The position numbers and the translations under genes are program-made. DNA of 64,000 nucleotides from an uncultured Pseudohongiella sp. (GTDB lineage Bacteria; Pseudomonadota; Gammaproteobacteria; Pseudomonadales; Pseudohongiellaceae): assembly GCA_965230125.1 (NCBI GenBank), contig OZ245938.1:1613535-1677534 (forward strand), in the 5' to 3' direction. The notes below the pieces were generated by a model. It saw nothing but the letters and a program-made list of their open reading frames with translations. It searched no databases and was not told the origin of the DNA. Shown piece by piece: positions 35,026 to 42,534 of the stretch (its first letter is position 1; each line of letters begins with the position of its first letter).

Positions 35026-35715
35026 ATGCTGAATGATATTTCTGTGCCTGAATCGATTCTGACGGTGGATCGCTACGAACAGGATCAAAGACAGCAGAAC
35101 ATGGCGTCTGAGGACGCTCTTGGACGCGATGCCTTTCTGACTTTATTTACCACCCAATTGAAAAACCAGAGCCCATTGAATCCGATGGAGAATGAGGCAT
35201 TTGTGGCGCAACTTGCCCAGTTTTCATCCCTGGAATCCATGAAAGGCATGCAGGCTTCCATAGAAGACCTGGCCGCTGAGATGAAGTTTGACCGCTTTTA
35301 TACCGGTTCCAACTTTCTTGGCAAAAGCGTGGCCGTGAACAGTGGCCTGGTTCAGGCGGGTAACGAACAGGTCGCGGAAGCTCAAACCAATCTGGGCAGT
35401 GCCGCCGACTCTGTAGTGTTCGTGGTGTCCGACAGCCAAGGTCAGGTGGTGTACCGCGACCAGTCCGGAGCACGCATGCCGGGGCCGGTTGAATTCACCT
35501 GGACCGGTGTCGACGATGACGGCGAACCGGTAGCTCCCGGCAATTATCGTATTGTGGCGTTACGGGAAGAAAACGGTGTATTCCGGGAACTGCCGGTACA
35601 AACCCGCGACATAATTTCGTCCATTCAATGGGATGAGAGCGCAAAGAATATCGTGGTCGAAACCCGCAACGGACATCGCTTGTCTGCTGCGGAACTAGAC
35701 CGAATTGAATTGTAA
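35026..35715 (+). CDS. flgD: flagellar hook capping protein FlgD
   Basis: DAFLTLFTTQLKNQSPLNPMENEAFVAQLAQFSSLE is the FlgD signature. Confidence 0.9.
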   Translation: MLNDISVPESILTVDRYEQDQRQQNMASEDALGRDAFLTLFTTQLKNQSPLNPMENEAFVAQLAQFSSLESMKGMQASIEDLAAEMKFDRFYTGSNFLGKSVAVNSGLVQAGNEQVAEAQTNLGSAADSVVFVVSDSQGQVVYRDQSGARMPGPVEFTWTGVDDDGEPVAPGNYRIVALREENGVFRELPVQTRDIISSIQWDESAKNIVVETRNGHRLSAAELDRIEL

Positions 35716-35764
35716 TCAAAATCTGAAAACTGACTTTTATTTATCGACTGCCGGAGACTGATTT

Positions 35765-38683
35765 ATGTCATTTTATACTTCGTTGACTGGATTGAATGCG
35801 GCCACCACGCAGCTATCCGTAACTTCCAATAATATTGCCAACGCCGGAACGTCCGGTTTTAAACGGTCAACCGCAGACTTCGGCGATATTTTTGCGACAT
35901 CACCGCTGCAGAAATCCTCATCTGTGGTTGGTGCCGGTGTATCGCTTAAGGAGGTGCGCCAGGAATTCAGCCAAGGCAATATCGAGTTCTCCGCCAATTC
36001 TCTGGACCTGGCGATTACCGGAGACGGTTTTTTCGCGCTGGAAACGCCAGACGGCACCAAGGTGTTCACGCGCAATGGTGGGTTCATGCTCAATGAGCAG
36101 AATCAGATGGTCAACGCAGCCGGGCAGGCACTGATGTCGCTGCCAGTTGACTCCACCAATAAAGCGGATTTCAGCGAGCCACTTACTGCCTTGTCGATTC
36201 CACGCAATACGGTCTCGGAATTCCAGGCCACTACCGAAGTTGAATTGGGTCTTAACCTGCCTTCAGACGCCCAGCCGATTTCCCAGACATTCAATCCCAG
36301 CAAGCCGGAAACCTATCACAAGACTACATCCCTAACGGTATACGGAGCTTCTGGCTCATCGCATCTGGCGACGATTTACTATGCAAAAACCAAGAACGCC
36401 ACTGCTGATTCCCCGTTCAACAAATGGCAGACCCATGTGTACATTGATGAGCAGCCGGTAGAGCCAGCGCTGATTCAGGCGTCGGATAACGGCGATGAAT
36501 TTTTCGTCAACAAATATGGTGAAATCAAGTCTCGAACGGAGTTGTTGGAACTGCAGCGTACCAGCTCGGAAAGTGAAAAATACCTGATCACTACCGGTAC
36601 CCTTTACAAGAAGTATTCCTTTGACAGGTTGTCCACACCGGTTGATTCCACACCAGCAACTATTCCGTTGCCGATCCCGGAAGAATCGCCGTACATTGAT
36701 AACCTCAACTTGACTAACAATCAGGATGGTGTTGATTTTTCTAACGGCACAACTATCGCAGACGACGGCGCTGAAACCGCGACCGGCTTTACTCGAGCAG
36801 ATTTGACCAACATGTTTCAGGTATCGGTGGACGGCTCAGCCTTCGTTGAGGTAGGGCTGGAACACCTGGCGGGACGTAATGTGCAGCTGTCAGGCACGGA
36901 GCTGGCATTTGAGCTGAGCAATGTGCTCAATACCCGTTTCGGTGATGGTCGAAAATTCAATCTTTCTGAGGATGCTGCCAAGAGCCTTGAGCTGACCAGA
37001 ATTCTGGGGGATGCCGATCCGGTTACGCTGGCTATTGATCTGGGCGCCGTGATAGAGGCGGCCGAGGGCGTCTCGCTGTCGGAAAGCGGCGATATTGAGC
37101 CCGAGGCGCTGGCGTTTGCGCTGAACGATCATCTTTCCAATCAGGCTGATCCAAAATTCGACGATCTCACTGTCGAGTATGACGAGGCGAATCGCGGTTT
37201 TCGTTTTACCCAGAACGATGCCAATAACGTGACTGAGTTGTATCTGAGTGGCGGTGCCGCGCTGAACCCGGTGTTCGGGGTAAGCGCCTCTGCTGCCGCG
37301 GACGGCGAAACACCTGCTTACTATGGGAAATTACTTTCTCCACTTGATAACGATGATGATGTAGTGCTGTTGCGCAATGTGCTTCCCAACGGAGCGCAAT
37401 ACAGCACGGCCCGAGATCAACGCTATGGCATTGAGGTCACTTATTCCGATGGGCAGTTCCGTATTCAGAGCGGTACCACCGGCGACGAATCCAGTCTGCA
37501 ACTGCGGCTGAATACGAACGAGGCAGATGACGGCACGGTCAGTTTGACCGCAGCCTCAGCATTGGCGGCGAGTCTGTTCGGAATACCGGAGTCCGGCGCC
37601 ATCGTTGAGCCACAGACTTCGCAGATTGACAATCTCCCAACAGTTCGGGGTCAGCGTTCCGAGCCGGCGGTACTGGAGGGTAACCAGATGGGTGTGGACC
37701 CACGTAAATCCTTCTCGGTAACCGCGGCCAATCAGAATCTGACGGTAATTGTCGATGGAATTTCGGCGCAGATCAGCCTGACTCCAGGTCAATACTCAAT
37801 CGGCACCTTTACCCAGCATCTGCAGGATCAAATCAATCTGATGGCTGATAGCCTGGGTCGCACTGTGTCCGGGGTCAAGGTGGATTTTGATGACACCAGC
37901 GAAGCTCTGGTTATTACCGGCGCCACGGCGTCCAACGAATCCTTCATTCAGGTTGCGGGCCACTCCGACTGGGGGCTGGAAGATCTGGATGCGGTATTTG
38001 GTTCGACGTCCAACTATATCCAGCTCGAGCAGGATACCCAGGGAGCCAGCTCGGTTTATGTGATCCAGGATAACGACGGCAACTGGAATGAGACCACTGA
38101 CAAGGGTGATTTTGACGAGAACAATATTCCGTACTGGTCGCCCATCTTTCTTGACAAGGGCGAGCTTACTTTTGATACCAGTGGCTCGCTGGTGTCACCC
38201 ATTAGTGGCTCGAGACTAGAAAGCGAAAGTATTACCGGTACTGCGATCTCCATTGACTACGCCAACAGCACTCAGTTTAACAGTCCGTTTGCAGTGTTGA
38301 GTCAGACTCAGAACGGTGCGCCAGAAGGTGATCTGGTAGGAGTGAACATTGGTGACGATGGTCTGGTGGTGGCCAGTTATTCAAACGGTTCGCAGCGTTC
38401 TCTGGGAAAGATCATTGTGGCCAATTTTGCAACACCTCAGGGGCTGCGTCAGATCGGTGATTCCAGTTTTTATGAAACGTCCGAGTCCGGTGGAGCCGAC
38501 TACGGCGAGCCTGGATCGGCGGGCTTTGGTACCTTGCGTGCCGGCGCCCGGGAGCGCTCGAATGTCGATCTCACCGCCGAGTTGGTGGACCTGATTACCG
38601 CGCAGCGGAACTTCCAGGCTAATGCCAAGGCGATCGAGACCACCACCTCTATGACCCAGACCATTATCAATATTCGCGGATAA
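35765..38683 (+). CDS. flgE: flagellar hook protein FlgE, unusually large (972 aa)
   Basis: N-terminus MSFYTSLTGLNAATTQLSVTSNNIANAGTSGFKR. C-terminus SNVDLTAELVDLITAQRNFQANAKAIETTTSMTQTIINI. About 500 extra residues lie between the conserved ends. Confidence 0.9.
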   Translation: MSFYTSLTGLNAATTQLSVTSNNIANAGTSGFKRSTADFGDIFATSPLQKSSSVVGAGVSLKEVRQEFSQGNIEFSANSLDLAITGDGFFALETPDGTKVFTRNGGFMLNEQNQMVNAAGQALMSLPVDSTNKADFSEPLTALSIPRNTVSEFQATTEVELGLNLPSDAQPISQTFNPSKPETYHKTTSLTVYGASGSSHLATIYYAKTKNATADSPFNKWQTHVYIDEQPVEPALIQASDNGDEFFVNKYGEIKSRTELLELQRTSSESEKYLITTGTLYKKYSFDRLSTPVDSTPATIPLPIPEESPYIDNLNLTNNQDGVDFSNGTTIADDGAETATGFTRADLTNMFQVSVDGSAFVEVGLEHLAGRNVQLSGTELAFELSNVLNTRFGDGRKFNLSEDAAKSLELTRILGDADPVTLAIDLGAVIEAAEGVSLSESGDIEPEALAFALNDHLSNQADPKFDDLTVEYDEANRGFRFTQNDANNVTELYLSGGAALNPVFGVSASAAADGETPAYYGKLLSPLDNDDDVVLLRNVLPNGAQYSTARDQRYGIEVTYSDGQFRIQSGTTGDESSLQLRLNTNEADDGTVSLTAASALAASLFGIPESGAIVEPQTSQIDNLPTVRGQRSEPAVLEGNQMGVDPRKSFSVTAANQNLTVIVDGISAQISLTPGQYSIGTFTQHLQDQINLMADSLGRTVSGVKVDFDDTSEALVITGATASNESFIQVAGHSDWGLEDLDAVFGSTSNYIQLEQDTQGASSVYVIQDNDGNWNETTDKGDFDENNIPYWSPIFLDKGELTFDTSGSLVSPISGSRLESESITGTAISIDYANSTQFNSPFAVLSQTQNGAPEGDLVGVNIGDDGLVVASYSNGSQRSLGKIIVANFATPQGLRQIGDSSFYETSESGGADYGEPGSAGFGTLRAGARERSNVDLTAELVDLITAQRNFQANAKAIETTTSMTQTIINIRG

Positions 38684-38696
38684 CAGGTAGCCGGCC

Positions 38697-39452
38697 ATGG
38701 ATAGACTGATTTTTACTTCGCTTGGCGCGGCCTCCAGTCAGGAGGCCTTGCGGATCCAGTTGGCCAATGACATGGCCAACCTGTCGACGGTGGGCTACAA
38801 GCGCGGCAGTGCCTATTCACCGGAGGCTGCCTATCTGAATGGGCCGGGCTTCGCGTCGCGATTCCAGCCGGTAGTACAGGAGATACAGGACGGGGTCAAT
38901 CTTGAGTCTGGTGCTGTGAGCTACACCGGGAACGATCTGGATATCGCCATGAGCGGCAAAACGTTGTTGGGAGTGCAGGCTGCTGACGGAACAATCGCGT
39001 TCACCCGGCGTGGCGACTTGCGACTTAATGCCGACGGCTTTCTGCAAACCGGTGCTGGCCAGGTGGTGATGGGTGAGGGGGCGCCGCTGCAGATACCCCC
39101 CGGTTATTCCGTCACCCTGACGCCTGACGGCTCGGTCTATGGTACCGATTTGGCGTTGGAAGCCGGGCAGCCGGAACTTTTGGGCCAGCTTATGCTGCGT
39201 GACGCGAGCGCCACAACTATAAGCCGCCGTGAAGATGGGCTGTTTGAAGCCCAGGGGCAAGTTGGCGACTTTGCCACTGGTCCCGAGCCGGTGTCGATTT
39301 CAGTGGGTTCTTTGGAAGGCAGTAATGTCAATCCCATCGAGGTCATGGTCTCGCTGCTGGATTTGTATCGCTCGTTTGAAACTCAGCTGAAAATAATCAA
39401 AAACGCCGAGGATATCGATACCGGCGGCACCAAAATGATGAGTATCCGCTGA
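38697..39452 (+). CDS. flgF: flagellar proximal rod protein FlgF
   Basis: ANDMANLSTVGYKR N-terminal motif and LEGSNVNPIEVMVSLLDLYRSFE C-terminal motif. Confidence 0.9.
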   Translation: MDRLIFTSLGAASSQEALRIQLANDMANLSTVGYKRGSAYSPEAAYLNGPGFASRFQPVVQEIQDGVNLESGAVSYTGNDLDIAMSGKTLLGVQAADGTIAFTRRGDLRLNADGFLQTGAGQVVMGEGAPLQIPPGYSVTLTPDGSVYGTDLALEAGQPELLGQLMLRDASATTISRREDGLFEAQGQVGDFATGPEPVSISVGSLEGSNVNPIEVMVSLLDLYRSFETQLKIIKNAEDIDTGGTKMMSIR

Positions 39453-39480
39453 TAACAGCGGTCACCAAGGAGACTGATTG

Positions 39481-40266
39481 ATGGATGCTTCAATGTGGGT
39501 TGCCAAGACTGGCCTGTCCGCCCAGTCCACGCGCATGACGACGATTGCCAATAACCTGGCCAACGTCAATACCATTGGTTTCAAGAAAGACCGCGCGATG
39601 TTTGAGGACCTGTTGTACCAGCGTATCGTGCAGGCTGGCGCCCAGGCGGACGCGGTTTCCCTGAATCCCACCGGCTTGATGCTGGGGACTGGCACGCGTG
39701 TGGTTTCGACGGAGAAGATACATCGCCAGGGCAACATGATTTCGACCGAGAATGCGCTGGATCTGGCCATTGCCGGCGACGGTTTCTTCGCGATCCAGCA
39801 GGCTGATGGTACCACTGCCTACACGCGCAATGGGTCGTTCAAAATGTCGGTTGACGGCAACGTGGTGACAGCGTCCGGTGAGTCACTGTTGCCGGCCATT
39901 ACTATCCCTCAGAATGCTGCCAGTATCACGGTTGGTCGCGATGGCACTGTCAGCGCCGAACTGGCCAATGGTGGTGGTGCCGTGCAGGTCGGCCAGATTC
40001 AGATGAGTCGTTTTGTGAACAGCGCGGGCCTGCAGCCAATCGGCCGCAATCTGTATGCGGAAACAGCCTCAAGTGGACAGCCCATTGTTGGCATTCCTGG
40101 TGATCAGGGTGCAGGTTTGTTGATGCAGGGTAGTCTTGAAGCTTCGAACGTGAACGTGGTGGAAGAAATGGTCAACATGATCGAAACCCAGCGCGCCTAT
40201 GAGATTAATTCCAAAGCGATTTCCGCGGCCGACGGCATGCTGCGCTTCCTGAATAACAACCTGTGA
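39481..40266 (+). CDS. flgG: flagellar distal rod protein FlgG
   Basis: MDASMWVAKTGLSAQSTRMTTIANNLANVNTIGFKKDR and LEASNVNVVEEMVNMIETQRAYEINSKAI. AAGGAG RBS upstream of ATG 39481. Confidence 0.95.
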   Translation: MDASMWVAKTGLSAQSTRMTTIANNLANVNTIGFKKDRAMFEDLLYQRIVQAGAQADAVSLNPTGLMLGTGTRVVSTEKIHRQGNMISTENALDLAIAGDGFFAIQQADGTTAYTRNGSFKMSVDGNVVTASGESLLPAITIPQNAASITVGRDGTVSAELANGGGAVQVGQIQMSRFVNSAGLQPIGRNLYAETASSGQPIVGIPGDQGAGLLMQGSLEASNVNVVEEMVNMIETQRAYEINSKAISAADGMLRFLNNNL

Positions 40267-40982
40267 TGAAAGGTATTAACATGGTTTCGACTGCTGTCGC
40301 TCGTTGTCTTGCTCTGGTTACCGCCCTGATGCTACTGGCATCCTGTGCCAGCCCACTGCGTTCCCCCCTGGCTCAGCAAACTGAATTTCAGTTTACCTAC
40401 CCGAATGCCCAGCCTGCCCCGGCCCTGGTGACCGGAAGTATTATGGATAATGGTGTCGGGCTGTATCCTAGCCGCCGCATCTACCAGGCGGGTCAGATTA
40501 GTGTAGGTGACATAATCACCGTGATTCTGGATGAAACTGCCCAGGCCTCAAGAACCAATGGCATTACTGCTGAGCGCGAATCCAGCAACAATGTGATTGG
40601 CGCAGCCCAGGCCGGGGCGTTGTTCCCGGGAGACAGTTTTTTCAACGAGATTTCGACGGGTGGCTCAACGCTGAGCAGCGTGGGCACCGGCGTGTCTGAT
40701 CAATCGGCTTCTTTACGGGGATCTATTACTGCTGCGGTTGTGGATGTGCTCGCGAACGGTAACCTGGTGATATTGGGTGAAAAGGAACTAACCCTGACCG
40801 AAGGTAGTGAGGTGATTCGTGTCAAGGGCCTGGTCAGACCGGAAGATATTCAGCCTAATAACACCGTACTGTCCCATCGTATTGCCAGTGCGCAAATTTC
40901 CTACAGCGGTACCGGTGACCTGGCGCGGGCCATTAAGCCGGGCTGGGGCGCGAAGATTCTGTTCGGCCTATGGCCATTCTGA
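40263..40982 (+). CDS. flgH: flagellar L-ring lipoprotein FlgH
   Basis: Lipobox LLASC. GDIITVILDETAQASR and GNLVILGEKELTLTEGSEVIRVKGLVRPEDI. Start ambiguous: GTG 40263, ATG 40266 or ATG 40281. Confidence 0.9.
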   Translation: MMKGINMVSTAVARCLALVTALMLLASCASPLRSPLAQQTEFQFTYPNAQPAPALVTGSIMDNGVGLYPSRRIYQAGQISVGDIITVILDETAQASRTNGITAERESSNNVIGAAQAGALFPGDSFFNEISTGGSTLSSVGTGVSDQSASLRGSITAAVVDVLANGNLVILGEKELTLTEGSEVIRVKGLVRPEDIQPNNTVLSHRIASAQISYSGTGDLARAIKPGWGAKILFGLWPF

Positions 40983-40993
40983 GGATGCGATTG

Positions 40994-42160
40994 ATGAAAT
41001 CCGTGAAACATTTTTCCCTAGTTTCGACTGTCTGTGTCCTAGTAATGACGTCGGTAACCGCCAGCGCAGAGCGTATCAAGGATCTGGCCGATCTGGGTGG
41101 TGTACGCAGTAATCAGCTGGTCGGCTACGGGCTGGTGGCCGGTTTGTCCGGTAGTGGTGATGGCCGAGATTTGCTGATCACCGGGCAGAGCCTGAAAACT
41201 TTGTTATCCGGCCTGGGAGTGAGTGTCGATGGTCCAGTTTCTGAATTTGAACTGGGTGACAACCTGATCAATCTGGTCACCCAGGCGGCGCAGCGGCCGT
41301 TGCAAACCGACAATGTGGCTGCCGTGCTGGTGACCGCCGAGCTCCCGCCGTTCGCCAAGCCGGGCCAGAAAATCGATGTCAATATTTCCACTATCGGCAC
41401 CGCGGAGAGCCTGCGTGGCGGCAATCTGGTGCTGACTGAGCTGCGCGGCATTGATGGTCAGGTCTATGCGCTTGCCCAGGGGCCCCTGACAGTAACCGGT
41501 GTGTCCGTCGACGCGGCGGGTTCCAGTGTTGAAATCGGCGTACCTACCTCTGGCCGGATTCCCAATGGCGCTACTGTCGAGCGGGTGATTCCCACACCAT
41601 TCGAAGAATCTGACCATGTGGTCCTGAATATGCGTAGTGCCGACTTTGGCGCCATTAACGCCATTACCAATGCTATCAATTCCCGATACGGTGAAGGAGT
41701 GGCGACGCCTCTGGACAGCGTGTCGGTGGCGGTGCGTGTACCGCAAAATCCGGCCCAGAAAATCGGGTTTATCAGCGACATTCAGGATATGGATGTTGAT
41801 CCTGGCGAGCCCATGGCGCGAGTCGTGGTTAATTCCCGCACCGGGACCGCGGTAATCAATCGTTCGGTCAGAGTGTCGGCGGCAGCTGTTTCTCATGGCA
41901 CCTTGAGCGTTCGGGTGACGGCATTTAATGAAGTCAGTCAGCCGGCGCCATTCAGTGAGGGGGATACGGTGGGCGTCCAGAACGCGGACATCGACGTGGA
42001 GGAAGAGCTCAGCAACATGTTTATTTTTGAGTCAGGCGTTGATCTGCAGGATATCGTCGATGCGGTGAATCAGGTGGGGGCGACACCTTCGGCACTGATT
42101 GCGATCCTCGAAGCCTTGAAGCGATCCGGTAGCCTTCGGGCCGATCTGGTGGTGATCTGA
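40994..42160 (+). CDS. flgI: flagellar P-ring protein FlgI
   Basis: Signal peptide, then RIKDLADLGGVRSNQLVGYGLVAGLSGSGD and a C-terminus ending LIAILEALKRSGSLRADLVVI. Start ATG 40994 with GAGGA upstream. Confidence 0.95.
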   Translation: MKSVKHFSLVSTVCVLVMTSVTASAERIKDLADLGGVRSNQLVGYGLVAGLSGSGDGRDLLITGQSLKTLLSGLGVSVDGPVSEFELGDNLINLVTQAAQRPLQTDNVAAVLVTAELPPFAKPGQKIDVNISTIGTAESLRGGNLVLTELRGIDGQVYALAQGPLTVTGVSVDAAGSSVEIGVPTSGRIPNGATVERVIPTPFEESDHVVLNMRSADFGAINAITNAINSRYGEGVATPLDSVSVAVRVPQNPAQKIGFISDIQDMDVDPGEPMARVVVNSRTGTAVINRSVRVSAAAVSHGTLSVRVTAFNEVSQPAPFSEGDTVGVQNADIDVEEELSNMFIFESGVDLQDIVDAVNQVGATPSALIAILEALKRSGSLRADLVVI

Positions 42161-42534
42161 TGTCTGACGTTATGCCAGCAGGCGGCAGCTTTTATGACCT
42201 GGCCGGACTGGCGGATCTACGCTCCCGAGCCACTCGCGCAAACGGAGGCGCAGATGCCGAGACCCGTCAGCGCGTGGCGGCAGAATTTGAGAGTGCGTTT
42301 ATGCAGTTAATGCTGCAGTCCATGAAGAAGGCGTCCGAACCCCTGAAAAGCGATTTGCTGCACAGTCAGTCCACGGACTTCGTAGACGATATGTTTATCA
42401 CCGAGGTGTCCCACTTTATCGCCATGCGTCAGTCACTGGGGGTTGGCAAGTGGATTGACGAGGCCATGGAAAACACCGGCATGCTGCCCGGCGAAGAGAC
42501 ATCCGGCGCAGAAGTGAGCATCGATCGTGGCTGA
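42160..42534 (+). CDS. flgJ: FlgJ rod-binding domain protein (no muramidase domain)
   Basis: The 124-aa protein carries only the rod-binding motif VAAEFESAFMQLMLQSMKKA. It overlaps the flgK start, so there is no room for a glucosaminidase domain. Confidence 0.8.
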   Translation: MSDVMPAGGSFYDLAGLADLRSRATRANGGADAETRQRVAAEFESAFMQLMLQSMKKASEPLKSDLLHSQSTDFVDDMFITEVSHFIAMRQSLGVGKWIDEAMENTGMLPGEETSGAEVSIDRG

